A DNA stretch of 64,000 bases, from positions 7,564,001 to 7,628,000 of the forward strand of contig OZ024754.1 in the NCBI GenBank assembly GCA_964016885.1, given 5' to 3'. The notes beneath the pieces are model-generated. The model was not told where the DNA came from. It saw only the letters and a list, made by a program, of their open reading frames with translations, and did no database searches. This document shows, piece by piece, positions 25,886 to 40,566 of this stretch. The position numbers and the translations under genes are program-made. How positions within the stretch are numbered: position 1 is the first letter of the stretch; every line of letters starts with the position of its first letter. The DNA comes from Eledone cirrhosa (Eukaryota).

Positions 25886-26934
25886 ATAAGGGATAGAATA
25901 TTGAAAGGTGGTGAATTGTCAGAATTATTTCTATAATTACTACGGCTCCCTGTGTTCTGATATCATATTTGAATGTCGTCCTTTCATGATCGATACACCA
26001 AATAATCAGTCGAATTCCCTTAATTGCAGAAGTTATTAGAATGTCGGATGAGATATCGTGCTATATTTTCTTTATATAGTTCTTCTCATTCTGAGTTCAA
26101 GTCTCGCCCTGTCTTACATGGTTGGTATATTTCATTTGTCTTCCGATTTATCTCCACACCAAATCACTAAATAGAACGATACATATAACGTAGTCAATTC
26201 TATTACACTCTTTAGGATATGTCTTCGGGTTCAGTGAAATAAGAACATTAATAGATTATCTGAAGATGGAATTCAGGTATGACTTTAGAATATTGTTCGC
26301 AGGTTATACAGTAATTCAGATGATAGTAAATTTTATATATCCTTATCTACCAACGCGTCTGAAAGTCACTCTTAAGGTGCCAGTTTTGTGGGCTTCTTTG
26401 GCTTTAGGTAGTCTCAAGCTGCAGATAACTAGATGGTGATCAGTTGACAGCTCAGTTCCTCTCTTAACACCAACATCCATATTTTAGCAGAAGATATCGG
26501 CGTTCAAACTTCTACTGCCTTGCTATTAAGCTTATAATGTCCATTCTAAATTTTCAGAAAATGTTCTTATGTTTCATATTTCATTTTATTGGTTTTAAAC
26601 TTTTAGAAAACACAGATTCTATATTTTCTCGTTTGAAGAACTAAAATATAAAAATTCTCATATTTTTAAAGAGAAAAGTATCTTACATTCTCAAAGACAA
26701 ATATGAAGACTTCAAAGCAATCTCTCCATCTACGAATATTTATTAAATTAAATAATTGTCAAGAAGATGCACACTTTATTTTTGTGACCTTATTGAAAAT
26801 CTGTTAACTTAATTTACAAACCACCGCAAATATCTGCTATAACTAAAAGCAAAACACCATTACAATATTGTAAATAAATTGCAAATATTTCAACATGAAA
26901 TATAGGGAAAATATCATATCTCGCTCCCTCTCAC

Positions 26935-27210
26935 TTTCTCACTCACCCTTTCTCACTCACCCTTTCTCACTCACCCTTTCTCACTCACCCTTTCTCACTC
27001 ACCCTTTCTCGCTCACCCTTTCTCACTCACCCTTTCTCACTCACCCTTTCTCGCTCACCCTTTCTCGCTCACCCTTTCTCGCTCACCCTTTCTCGCTCAC
27101 CCTTTCTCGCTCACCCTTTCTCACTCACCCTTTCTCGCTCACCCTTTCTCGCTCACCCTTTCTCGCTCACCCTTTCTCGCTCACCCTCTCTCGCTCTCTC
27201 ACCCTCTCGC
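26935..27210. repeat. 14-bp minisatellite ctcaccctttctc(a/g)
   Basis: Directly visible; source of ORF 26895..27347. Confidence 0.95.
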
Positions 27211-27401
27211 CCCCTCACACATGTGTTTGTGGTATGCTTTGTTCATCTTTTCTTCCTCGAGCCCTCCAAAACTTAAAGAATTTTCGATACATCATTGAAT
27301 GCATATGTATATACATATATGTTTATCGCGGGTTCAATCGGGGGTAACCACAGTAAGTAAGGTACTCAATACATAGCAGAGTATGAATATTTAATATAGA
27401 A

Positions 27402-27741
27402 ATGGCTTCTACAGGACTAGAAATTGTTTTTCCCTTTTCTTTAAATCCATCAACTAATGACCACCACCCGTCCCAATCACCACCACCCGTTCCACTACCC
27501 ATCCCAATCACCACCACCCGTCCCAATCACCACCACCCGTCCCACTCCCCATCCCAATCACCACCACCCGTCCCAATGACCACCACCCGTTCCACTACCC
27601 ATCCCAATGACCACCACCCGTCCCAATGACCACCACCCTCTCCTACCACCAGAAAAAATATAAATACCACTATATTATTTGGACAGCCGGCTTCCTGCTG
27701 ATTTCTCCCGAATGAAACAGTTTTAGTCCTGTAGAAGCCGT
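27402..27741. repeat. ~28-bp inverted repeats enclosing a 19-bp minisatellite
   Basis: atggcttctacaggactagaaattgttt pairs with aaacagttttagtcctgtagaagccgt; internal ccaccacccgtcccaat(c/g)a repeats at 27457-27650. Confidence 0.75.
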
Positions 27742-30453
27742 GGCCTGACTACAGCCGATGTCATCCAGAAGAAGAATCGACCTCAGCATTGGTATTGCAT
27801 TTATTGATGCCAAATGGATGGACGTTAGTATTGAACTGGTTCGATAACGTTGATGTATATCTGGTAAAGCAGAACTTGTATAGATAAATATATTAGTGTG
27901 TGTGTGCGTGTGTGTGCACGCACACGCACACGCACCCTCTGTGTACATGTGTGTGTATATATATATACATTCATATGAGTGATATTGACAACAATTTCTT
28001 TGACACAAAGAGAATATTATTTTAATGCATTCACACAACGCCAAGGAATGGGATAACTCCATATTCCTCGCCATTAAACTAGAAAAATGTAAAAATATGA
28101 GAATGTCGTTAACACGATGAACAGAAGTCAAGTTATACACACATTAAGATAAATAAATATACATATTCTATACATTTAGTCTCCCAGTTGTTACGACCAT
28201 CTTCATAATACGATGTATATAATATTTTATATTGCATCTATATATTTTCATACTACTATTTATGGTAAAGCTGTAACAAGGAAACGATGGAGTTATAGAT
28301 TTAAAATGTGCTTTAAACTCCAACGAGAGTGTTATCAAAAATATATGAACCATTAACATATATTCACTGAGTTACACAAATTCGCAGATGGACATATATT
28401 TCGAATTGGATATTTGCTAGTTTGAAGGCGCGTGGCTTAGTGGTGAGTATGTTTGGCTCAGTTCAATTTCGCACCGGGCCACATGTCATATCGTTGATCA
28501 AGACAATTTATTTCACGCAGGATAAGACCAACTTGAGGCTGTTAAATACTGGTTGAGAATGATGGTGTTAATGATGATGATGATGGTGAATATATTGGGT
28601 TCGATAGAATTAATAATCCCCTCCCATGCAAATATTACATTCTAGTTAAGTAAAACGAAATTAATATTTAACCCTAAGTTCCTCGTGATACGAATATACG
28701 GCTTGTTACCGATTCAAAGTTGAAACCATTCAATTCTACTTAAGTGATTAATTTCTGACAAAGCTATATCAAGTTCTAATTCATTTCTTCCCTATAAATT
28801 GTACAGACATTGTGTCTAGTCAACTGACATTCATATTTAAATCCACGCTTTTCAGTATGAGATGAGCGCAGAGTTTTGATTATATCATGGAGTAATCTAA
28901 AAAAAAAAAGGATGTAGTAACATTTAATAAGAATTTCAAATGACTGATATATATGTTAGCAAACTACAAAAAATAACATAAGAGCAAAATGAGAAAGCAA
29001 CCAATTTTATTTAGTACAAGATTTGTCGGCAAAAAAGTAAGAAAATGAAGAAAGTAAGTCGTCAAACACAAAAGAAAGTATTTATCTTTAAAAGGAACAA
29101 AGTTGAAACAACAAATATACACATGTAAATATATGTGTGCGCGCGTATGTGTGTGCATATATGCATGTATGTATGTGCGTATAGGTACGTACACATGCAC
29201 ATACATATGTAAGCATGTATTTATGTGTGTGTGTGTGTGTGTGTGTGGATATGAGTATTTATAAGTATGTGCATGTATGTGTGCATACATCTGTTTATTA
29301 TGTATATATGTGTGTGTGTACGTATGTATATATGCGTGTATGTAGTCCTACAACTACCCGACGGCTGTTTACAAATCTAATATCAAAAGTTCTCTGAGAA
29401 AAAAGTCATGATGAATATATTGCCTCGATCATTAAAAACTGCAAAAAAGGGATAGTAAAAAAATATATCTACACTACAAAACAACAAAAATAAAAGAGGC
29501 AAACAAGTATTTGAACTTTCATACAGTTTGTTGTTGTATACGTGATATACTGCAATAAAAAGTTGTAGATATATTGTTTTTTTTATATAATGGTTTCTCA
29601 CTGCTTACAACAGAAATCAATGTTTTCTCCATGTTCTAGAATTTAATATTAAGAATGATTCGGACTAAATTTGTATTTGGTATAGATGAAGATAAAGAGA
29701 TAAAGATGGCGATTCTAAATTTAGAATATTTGAATATCTAGAGAAAGTTTAGTTTTCTAAAACAATTACTCTTCATGTAATTCCTCAATAGTATTTTTTT
29801 TCCCAAGAACTCTTCTTACACTTTAATCTAGTAAGAGTACAGAATGTGTGTAGATATGGACCAATATCTCGTGATGGGGGTGTAAAGGGTGCCGTCGTAA
29901 TATATGACGTGTCTTGGGCACTTTAAACCTGTTGGAGTCAATCACTTGCCTAGGTCTGAATACAGCCAATTTCTTCCAAAGAGAGGTAGAGAGAGGAATA
30001 TTGAACCCCAGTATTGGACTGGTAATTTTTTTTATTGCCCTCGAATGGATAAAAATGCAAATATGAGCTTGGTGGGATTTGAACTCAGAGCTGGATTGAA
30101 TACAGCAAAGAATTCTATCCGACCTTCTAACGGCTCTGCCAATTCAACGCTTATATATAGTATATATCTACATGTATCTGGGTCCATATAGTCTTTACAT
30201 TAAAATCATGTGTGACCAAGTGACTTATTGCTCCACCTAAATATCCATTGCTACAATTCATTTGTTTTCTTTTCATCTAAAATCAATCAATTAGTTAGTT
30301 ACACGTAAAATTATCTGGTATCCATTCACGACGATTATCAACACGAAATTAAATTCCTATCACTTCGTTTTTCGTGATTGTATATTTAAACTTCAAATAA
30401 GTTCACAGAGGTAATTACTTCTAAATATATCCTATTTCTTTCTCAATATTACA

Positions 30454-30511
<58 letters not shown>

Positions 30512-31023
30512 GTAGCTAAGCTCCATGGGAAAAGCTCTGAGGAATATAAATATTCGTGCAACGCTGCTTCGTTAATTACACACACGACATGAACAACTAA
30601 GGAAAGTAACTCCTGACAGCCTCTTGCCAAGATAATGTGTTGTTTATTTATATAAATTTACTTATATATTTCATATTCCTGTTGTTTCTTAATTCTTTTA
30701 ACAGATAATTGTTTATTTCTGTCTAAAGACCATTAATTAAAATATTGAATAGAAGTGCTAAACATAATTGATTTTTAAACAAATAATAAATAAAATATAT
30801 GTTTATTCCTGTCAATATATATTTCATAGATCAATGTTTAATGAGTTATATGTGAGGTAATTTCCACCTACACAGTTATAAATTTTGGTAATTAACAGAT
30901 TTCGCTCATTAATTAAACATGCTATGTATAACATACCGTTAGGTGCTGCTGGTATATTCCCTAGAGGAAGAAGCGTATATGAAAGTATAAAGAATATGTT
31001 TAAGTATGATTAGCGTACTTACA

Positions 31024-31219
31024 CAGACGTGTCAACTCTTCCAGTCCGACGGGGAGATCTCCCACCCACTTTGGTTTGGGTGAGAGATGTCTTCTCTTGT
31101 GAAAATGGGTATAGCTTTCATTATGTAAACTCTCCTCATTTTGCCTCATTTCTTCCCCTTTTGGGGCACCTTTTTTTCATAGTACTTCCTGTTTGGGTTT
31201 TTAGAGATTGGCAGGTCTG
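31024..31219. mobile_element. Possible old hAT-like MITE
   Basis: Imperfect TIRs cagacgtgtcaa / ttggcaggtctg; no TSD found; related sequence at 24968-25001. Confidence 0.4.
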
Positions 31220-32289
31220 CTACGTTTCGCTGTGTTTATTTTAAACTATGATTATGTCAACATTGCCTTTCCCCCTTTCAAGGTCGATAAATACCATACT
31301 AATAGTACTTGGATCGATTCTTCCTCTATATCTCTATCTAATTTCCTTTTTCTTTCTCCGGAAGAAATCAGCTGTGTTCAGACCTGTCGGGTTTAAATGT
31401 TCAGGTATGCCATGACAGAACCATTACATCCCCATCTGAGGTACCCTATCCATACAGAGTATTACGTCTACAGGATCATAGTAAAGTTACTGATATTTGT
31501 AGACATGTCATGCAAGTAAGGTAATATATTTAATGACAGATGGCAGACTGCAGGGATTAATCCATTCAGATAGATTGATTGCATAAGGCGAACTGTCATG
31601 AGAGGAAAATGGAGCATGAACTGCTAAATATTGTAGTAGTAGTAGTTGTAGCTTTAGATGTCCTTGTTATGTGGAGTAAGAAGGCACATGTAATTCAGGA
31701 AATGGATTATTTCGACCACAGAGGACCTGGTGTCATGACAGAATATTGATCATCAGTAAACTGGGAATTCCTTACTTAATAGCAAACGTTGCATTGTTTT
31801 ACAGTTATTAGAAATTTAAGCAACGGAATTAAATTTTAAAAAATATTTAGTCCAGTTGTCTCTTAGTTCTGTTAACTCTGCCAACCAACTTGTCGTAATC
31901 ATCAGGGAGCACTACATGGTCGTACGACCTGCTAAAAAGAGCAACGAAATATAATATCCACTAATTAACACCCTACAATCGTAAATATGAAGATAATACA
32001 TTAAATAATATAGTCCTAAATAATCTTAAATATGTAGCATGGTCACGATTGGAATGCTTTCAATATTAGAGCTACACAATGAGGAACGATATATAACTAA
32101 ATGTCAACAACTGGATAAATGTTTACATATATATATTCATATAGAAGAGTAAGCAGAAAAATAAGTGGATGAGATATTACTGGTACACCACACTTAAGGA
32201 AAGTAGAGTGTAGATAGTCTTCCCATATTGCCTTGAAAGGATTTAAGCTGTGATGCATATATATACATATATATATATATGAGAACATA

Positions 32290-32376
32290 TTTTAAGCAAG
32301 GATTCGCTGTTTTCACCCTTAACTGAATCTTCAGAAGATGCCGTTAAGGGTGAAAGCAGCGATTCTTTGCTTAAAA
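32290..32376. repeat. Fold-back centred on a hammerhead-like core ('cagattaaag' family)
   Basis: Symmetry axis ATCTTC-A-GAAGAT; minus strand CTGAAGA..GGGT-GAAA, plus strand CAGAAGA-TGCCGTTAAGGGT-GAAA. Confidence 0.85.
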
Positions 32377-35300
32377 AATATATATATACACACACACATA
32401 CAAAGTTGTCAAGTATGAAATTTGTAGAAAAAACCTATGACCATATGCCTTACTACAAATTTCATAGTTGATGACCCAATATATATATGAGAGAGAGTCT
32501 ACTGTACTTCCATGAGTTCCAAACCGTATTAATTTATTGTATTTAAATAGAAATACAATACTTACGTCTTACATTAAGAGATCTAGGGATCGTTAACTTT
32601 TTTTATGTCTCATAGTAATTAGTATCGACCTGTAGGCCGATAGTATTTTGAATGTTTATTTTTTAAATCTTGAGAACATATTTCTTCAAGAAACATTTAC
32701 TGTCAGTAATTACGGCTTTTCTGTAAATATCCTGAAGATTTCCACTGAAAACTGGTGTATGTTTACTTAAAGAGGCTTGGCCATTTTAAGGGTATTTTAA
32801 ATACATTTAATATTTATTTTTCTATTTGACAGAAGTCTGAATGGAAGTGGAAGGAGAGTCTATAATCAATTAAATACTCGACAATAAACCAATTATAGCC
32901 TCGCCCGTGACTGAAGAAGGAAAATTATTATTCAGACACAAATATGACTTTCTCATTTTCATCGATGTGACTTCACGTAAGGCACATGAGTATGATAATT
33001 TAAACTACTTTCTGTAAAAAAAACATTACAGTAAATTGGTAGAGTAGGTAAGGTAACGAATAAATGCTTTGCAGTATTTGTTTTGGCTTTTTGATTCTGA
33101 GTTCAACACCAGAGAGAACAATTTTAAACATCTATAGATTACCAGTCCACGCAAAAAGTGCGAGGGCTTTTCGATGGGAATACAAAATTGAATTATATTA
33201 AAATATTCTTAACCCTTTAGCATTTACATTATTCTATATATACTATTGTACTTTCACAGTAAAGACTTTATCTTATATAATTATCTCACATAATTATCTC
33301 TCAATATAGAATCTACAAGATTTTGATGTTATTTATTTTGAGAACAATACCTTAACGTAGGTATGAGCGGCTAGTTACAGCTGGTTTGAATAGAAAGAGG
33401 CGAGAGAGTTCTGACCGGATAGGGCCGGTTTAAACAAACAAAATCCGCAATGGAATCGTAGTCTCTAAGTCAAGTTCTGGGTAATTGAGATATACGTGTT
33501 TTTCTACATTATACTGTTGTATACACATGATGTTGTTTCAGATAAAATATGAACAAACATCTATTAGTTAGTAACAAAATTATTTTCTTTTCCTTTTATA
33601 CGTTTTAAATCATAGATTACACTGTTGTAATACAAAAGATTAATATAAAAACCGTTGTGAAAATATAATAAAATATTGCTAGATAAAATATAATATTGAT
33701 AACAAAATTAATCTCCTCAAAGACTAACGGTAACATCTATGAACAAAAGAGTTTTCGGAGCTTATATCAGATTTCTGATTCCCGATCCTCAGTACATCTA
33801 TAAATAATTAAATAAATATGTTTATTTTATATTTTCTAACGCGAAAAAATAGTTTTATAACGAAATAATCATAACTTTCATATGTTCTAAGTTCCAGAAT
33901 ACTCAACTTATCAGGGTGTTTACGTCTACAGTAATATTTCTGAGGTGATTAAATGATTTAAATCTTCGCGTGTCCCTTTCTATGTATGTGGCCCGATTCG
34001 ATCCCCAACACTGTTTTAACCACAAACGAAGATATTCACATGTTAGTATGTAAAATAAAGAGTTTTAGTGGGGTGTGTTAAATATAAATATGAGAAAGTT
34101 AGAAAGATTTAAAACATTTCAAGATTATTATTCATACATCTACAGATACTGATATTCGCACACATCAGTAGTATTGTATACTGGTCTCACTCAGTGTTTC
34201 GGGTCTTAAAATATGCACCCCCCTCCTCATTCAGATAACCAGATTGAGGTTGATCATGCTTTAGTTCGTGTCCACGTGACATACATACTACTGACATACA
34301 TACTACTGACTCATAGGTCATCTATTTCAGCTAGAACCATCTGGATGCCTTCTGTTTTGTATAGCTCCTTTCCTGCTGACACTCGTGATGGTCAGAGTTA
34401 TGTGAGCTTTATAATAACAGAACGAGCAGCGAACTCGCGACTATAACTTCCACTGGCATATACTTGGATCTTTAATCGTTCTTTTGACAGTCCTTCGCTA
34501 TTTCTTTTGCTTAATCTATAATGAAGTGTTTCGTTCAAGTACACAACACGCAACCCAGCCCAAGAACCGAACCCACGGCATTATGAGAGTAAGGCCAATA
34601 CCCTTACCACACGCCTTCACACAAGTAAAGTACTAGTGTGAATACCATTGTATTTCCTCTCCCCACAAATTGCTAGTCTTATACCGCAATTAGAAATAGT
34701 TATTCAAACGAAATATTTCGTATAGTGATTCACAAAATATATGAATACAAAGAAAATAATAAAATACAACATGAAGTTGTAAAGTTTACAATATGTCAAG
34801 AGGATACAACAGAACAGAAGTAGAACAGAAATAATTCTAATAATATATTTGAATATTTAATTTACTGCGAAAAAACAAGACATAATAGGTTTGTCATTCT
34901 GCAAGGAATAACTCCATAGTTTTTCTAGATCATTTATTAACTTGTCATGATGAAAGGAAATTCTCACAACTCGTAGGTTATTTATGTTGTGTTGTCCGTC
35001 TTTCTACATGGATCAAGGAAAACGGAATAAATAAATAAAAATGGTAATGTCATATTTAAATTCTCTCTAAAACAACAAAGACAAGGACACAAAACGTGTG
35101 CTTTGTAATGTAGGAAATATGGAATAACAAGTTTTCAATTAGTAGAAACTAATTGAATGCCTAAATTTTAAACAAAGACTAACGTATTCTAAGTCTGAAT
35201 AAGTTAGCTATACTTTTTGTTAGCGTGATGCCTATATATCAATTAACAACTTTGAAGTCTCGTAGATTACAGACGTGTGTATTAATATCAAAGTACGATA

Positions 35301-38200
35301 TATGTATCTTCCTTTCTATCTCTCAATAATGTCTGGAGCGATTTGTAGTAGATTATATATCACATCTCTCATTCCACGTGTTCTGCGTGTGCTGCAGGAT
35401 AAATTATAGTTAGAAAAGAAAAGAAACAAACAAAAGAATTCAGAGTTAATTATAGCGTCTCTGACATTTCTTTCCACTGTCATTTTAATAAATGGTAATC
35501 TTTCTGATAACTTGTTTTAAAATAAATAATCACAACAATCTTTCACAAATATCATAGTTACATATCTTTGTTTTTGAATTAGTTTTGAAATCCGGAGTTA
35601 CGTAATATTAATTCAGAATATAACATTTAATGGACTGATAAACAGCATAGAAGTTAAAACCAGTTGTGAGCTGCAACATCAAGAGTTCAAATTACATTGG
35701 TGGTGATAGTTTTACTTCCATATCACAGGGCTGAATCCGATGAAATATATTTAACTACGACAACCAAAGCTAAATAAATACCAGTTATTAACGAACAGAT
35801 TTCTCTTTCGTGGAGATCGCCAGTTTCTTTAAACAAACAGAAACTAACTTCTAGCTATGTAGAGCTTTTGCAGGTGGGTTTTGTTTCGTTGTGTTCGTTT
35901 CTACTTCGCGACGTTCTTTATATTGACGTATGGCGCATTTATATATATATATAATATATATATATATAATATATATGACGTATTCTTATTAACATACAAT
36001 TTAAATCCATTATAAATGTTATTATACACACTGTAGTATGAAGTTGCCCACGTGGCTGAAACCGGTACGATTAAATTCTCCTTTAAAAACATAAATGTTT
36101 TGCTGTTATTCTTTGAGAAAATCCCATTAGCATTTTCTACCGTTTTTTCCTTTTTTCACACACACACAGACACACACACAGACACACACTTATTGTTGTT
36201 ATGTTATACACGGAACACACAGCACAACAACAACAACACAATTTTCTTTTTTTTTTTAATACAAAAATCAAACATACGTCTTGTCAAGAGAGAATTCAGA
36301 GAAAAAAAATCGGGCCCTAAGGCTAGAGACAATCTGGACAAAGTAAGATTACATAATTCGTTGAGTATTTTATTAAATTTCACCAAATAACGGCGAAATT
36401 AGATATTTTGAAACGGATCATCAGTGAGGGAATTTCAAAATCATCTAATCTCAAACAATACAGGGTCGAAAGTGGCTAAACGCACATGGTATCATCAATA
36501 CATGAATTTTAAATATATGATTACAGGTTTACCAAATATAAACAAAATATTTGAGTACATGGAAGCTACGACAGTATTAAAAAAAAAATAACCTTCTAGA
36601 TATTTTACACGTTCCCTTATTTCCTATTTTCCTTTTCTGTTTCCTTTTCTTATGCATTGATCTTTAAAACCTTATAAAAAATTTAAATGGGAAAAAATAA
36701 AATAAAATAAAAATAAGGTTTTAAATATTACTTGTCTCACTAGCTCTGTTTGATTACCAACTCTAAGCAGTACTCGATACTTTCTCTAGTCTGTCGTGGT
36801 TTACTAGCTCTATACGAACGTTTGAATTGTATATATATATATAAACTGCTTAGTGTATTTTAATGTTTGTAGAGAGCACTATGTAAAGTCTCTTTTTCCT
36901 GTGATGGCGTTAGGCGGTTGAGCATCCAACCAGAAACTTCACTGATCTATATATGATCAACATTCAATACTGGAGGCATATTGATCTGATGTGTTCTGCC
37001 GATATATCACACCCAGTTCTTCATCACTTTCTTAATTTATCCATGCACTCAGTTTCTTTCTACCTTCTTCTCACAGTCCCTCATCAACTAATAGAAAAGG
37101 AAATTTAGGATGAACATAAATCACCTCAACTTTGTATATTTATATCGAGCATTTAACTAGGATGTTCGAGAAAGTTGCCGGCAGTCTTACCCTATTCGTA
37201 ATACACTAGATTAAACCCACATCTCTAATAATGTAACTATAATATACTATTGTATTTTAACACATCTTTATATTTAGTTGTTCTCAGATATTCAGTTTTA
37301 GATTATATCGAACACCTTTGTACGGAAATACACGACTGTTCTTTTGTAATTTCGTAATAGTGAAGTTAATAATGTGGAAATTATTATTACATTATAATTT
37401 AAAATCCAATTCACTTAATGCCGAGCTCTCTGAAGTATCTTTTTCTTCCTTCATGCAATTCTCACATTTTATCTCTTCTCTCTGATATGTGATTAAAACA
37501 CACACATTACTTTTATTCAATAATGGAATATTGACCATCAAATCATTCGATTTATATTAACTTTGAAGTACTTAATCATTGAAAAGTATGAAGAAACATG
37601 TCCAAAATAGTTTTGTACTAAAAACTAGAATTAAAATAAAGCATTCAATCATAAAAGACAGAAATAAATTAATCATAAAGACGATAGAAACTATTCTTTT
37701 TTTATCAAAGTTGATTTAGACTTTGAAAATAAATGTTCAATTTTTTCAATAAACATATTCAACTTATTGTAATTACTCATATATACGTTTTTCTAGTATA
37801 TCTCCATCGATTGAATTTCGTTCAGTATTTTGTTGTTTTTTCTTAAATTGTATTTATGTAATTTATACTTGTGAAATATTTAAGTTTTCTTAGTTTGTTG
37901 TTTGTATTAATTTCAGTGAAGCATAAAACAAAAGATTAAAAAAATTCTAAAGTTACACAAAGTAGAAAGAAAATAGATTCTATGAAATATTTTTAGAATA
38001 GCCGACTTCTTTGCTGTAAACGTGTGTTAAAGGACATATACTACATTTAATTTATATCCATTAAGTTAATGTATTTCTCGTTCATTCTGTCTGCTAATAG
38101 TAATTCTATTTAAATCAGTAATTTTCACTGGAAACATCTTAATATTCATTACTTAACACAGACTGGAATATTTTCCATGTCTATTCTATCACTTCACATA

Positions 38201-38538
38201 CCGTATTTACCGGCGTCGACGACGCAACCTTTTTCCTAAAATACGTCTCAAAAGTCTACCATGCGTCCGGGAGGCCGACGGTTCGGTATCGGTAGAGGGT
38301 CGGACGCCAGACTTTGCAGCATAGTTACGACCCTTTACGTTCTGAGTTCAAATCCTGTCGAGGTTAACTTTGCCTTTCATCCTTACGGGGTCGATACAAT
38401 AAAGTACCAGTAATACACTGGGATATTTCCTGGCCTTATGCCAAAAGTAGAAATAATAATTTTTTTTTTCAAATCTTTGGTTGTCAAAATTAAGGTGCGT
38501 CCTCGAGGATGAAGCGTCTTCGCCGCCGACAAATACGG
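38201..38538. mobile_element. pogo/Tc1-type MITE interrupted by a family 1 SINE (38285-38460)
   Basis: TA-CCGTATTTACCGGCG...CGCCGACAAATACGG-TA. Confidence 0.8.
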
Positions 38539-38860
38539 TATGTTCTTGCAGAAGACGCTTGTTAAAGACAATATTTCCTACGTTTATTTGGTTTCTAATT
38601 TTAACACAAGGCCAGCAATTCTGTCAAATGTCACTCAAGGCATCTGTCACAAAAATACTTGACTAAGGTGTCAATACGTATGGGGACTGAACCCAAAACC
38701 ACGTTTGTTGAAAGACGAAATCCTTAACAACTCCTTCATACTTGCATATATTTCCTTATTTTCGTGAGGCTTTTCTGGTTATTTGTATCGTGAGGCGATA
38801 CAAATAAGTTCGTTTTGGAATATTATCAGAACATAGATAAATATTCCTTAGAGATATACG

Positions 38861-38906
<46 letters not shown>

Positions 38907-38914
38907 ATATTTAT

Positions 38915-39125
38915 ATTAGCTTTGCGAGGTTTTTGATATGAAATCGTGTGTCGAAACAAATATTGTTATATTTGGGGAGGGTCATATTTGTGTAATAATA
39001 TTGCCAGAATTAATAACAGAACACGCTCACTGTTTAGTTGGTTTTCGCTTCTGTGTCTTTTATATCGGTTAATTTAATTTATTCGGTCCTCAATGTTGCC
39101 ATTGACTGACCAACGGTCAAAAATA
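38915..39125 (+). mobile_element. Family G interspersed repeat
   Basis: High identity to the reverse complement of 44335-44497. Confidence 0.8.
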
Positions 39126-39382
39126 CAGATACAATATAGACACAAACACAGTCTATCAAAGTTCTTTCGTTGCACATCTGCAACATCGTCAGTGGTGCTA
39201 TTATGTTTCCTCCCATTGCATTGTATTTTTACGCCATCTTTATTTAGTCTGTTTGTTTATTCATTTATTTATATATATAGTAATAATAATAGGTGTGAAG
39301 ACTAAAATCCGAAGAGGGCTCGATAAGGAAAATATATATATAAAAAATATATAAAACCGTACAGCAAATATTTATTAAAATG

Positions 39383-39459
39383 ACAGATTAAAGTTAAGCA
39401 AAGAATCGGTGCTTTCACCCTTAACGGGATCCAGCGATTCTTTGCTTAATCTTTAATCT

Positions 39460-39461
<2 letters not shown>
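39383..39461. repeat. Fold-back, 'cagattaaag' family, asymmetric tip
   Basis: acagattaaagttaagcaaagaatcg pairs with cgattctttgcttaatctttaatctgt; followed by (TA)n. Confidence 0.85.
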
Positions 39462-39516
<55 letters not shown>

Positions 39517-39519
39517 ATA

Positions 39520-39745
39520 TGTGAAGGCGTGTGGCCGAGTGGTTAGAGAATTGGATTCCTAATCGTGAGGTTGTAAGTTTGATTCTCGGACCGGGCGATG
39601 CGTTATGTCCTTGAGCAAGACACTTTATTTCACGTTGCTCCTTCTACCTGGAGTTGCGACCGATAGAGAGTACTAGCAATTGGAAAGACCAACGGAAACA
39701 TTGTTTCCTCGGTCCGATTTGACGAAAGTCGATCGACTGTCGATA
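39520..39745 (+). mobile_element. SINE family 2, full length
   Basis: Close match to 12633-12855. Confidence 0.88.
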
Positions 39746-39786
39746 TATAATATGTGAAACACAAATTAAAATTTTGAAAATCAAAT

Positions 39787-40021
39787 AATGCGTTAGGAAG
39801 ACCCTTAAATTGCCAAGATAACGAATGAATCTTACATAAGCAAATTTAACGATCCCAAATATTTTCGGAGTTACAAGGGAGTAAGCTTTTGAGAGACTTA
39901 AAAAAAATCGATTTTTTTTTTTTTTTAAAGTCTCTCATATGGTTACCCCCATGGTAATAGGTTAAATTTGCTAAGGTAAGATTATTTTATCTTGGCAATT
40001 TAACAGTCTTCCTAACGCATT
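39787..40021. repeat. Imperfect fold-back element
   Basis: aatgcgttaggaagac..aaattgccaagataa pairs with ttatcttggcaattt..gtcttcctaacgcatt; apex gagagactt-(A)n-tcga-(T)n-aagtctctc. Confidence 0.85.
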
Positions 40022-40566
40022 GTTTTGGCTTTAAAATCTAAATGTTTCATATTCAAACAAGCCACACAACTCTGTTATATATATATATATATATAATATG
40101 TCTGTGTTTATATTTTGTTTTCAATTTCATTTTCGTAGCATAATGTGAAGAGTTAAAAAGATCAGGTTTTTCTTTCGTTAGTTTACCCACGAACAGAATA
40201 ATGTACAGATCAAAGACGGTTATTTTACCCGTGGGCATCACATTAATTTTGTAGGTAAGAAGACATAGACATTTAATCAGGAATAATCTTCTCTCCGTAT
40301 GATTTTCCGGTATTGTTTGCTACATTCCCTACACTTAAGAGCGTGGAAAAGAAACAGTTATTTGGAGACTAATTATATTAGACATGTATTGCTATCAGCA
40401 TATTCACTAGTCTAATCTAGCTATGTAAACACATGCATATATATGTGTGTATACACACACATATATATATATATATGTATAATATACACACGTATATAGA
40501 TGTTGCGTGTGTTTATATATAGTATACACTCACAACATATATATGCGTGTGTATATTATATATATA

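Noticed and set aside
31405-31515. Possible 111-nt coding exon VCHDRTITSPSEVPYPYRVL
   Set aside because: Weak acceptor, no recognisable protein, no partner exons.
32833-32977. Possible exon (polypyrimidine-ag ... gtaag)
   Set aside because: Stops in all three frames; a non-coding exon cannot be supported without RNA data.
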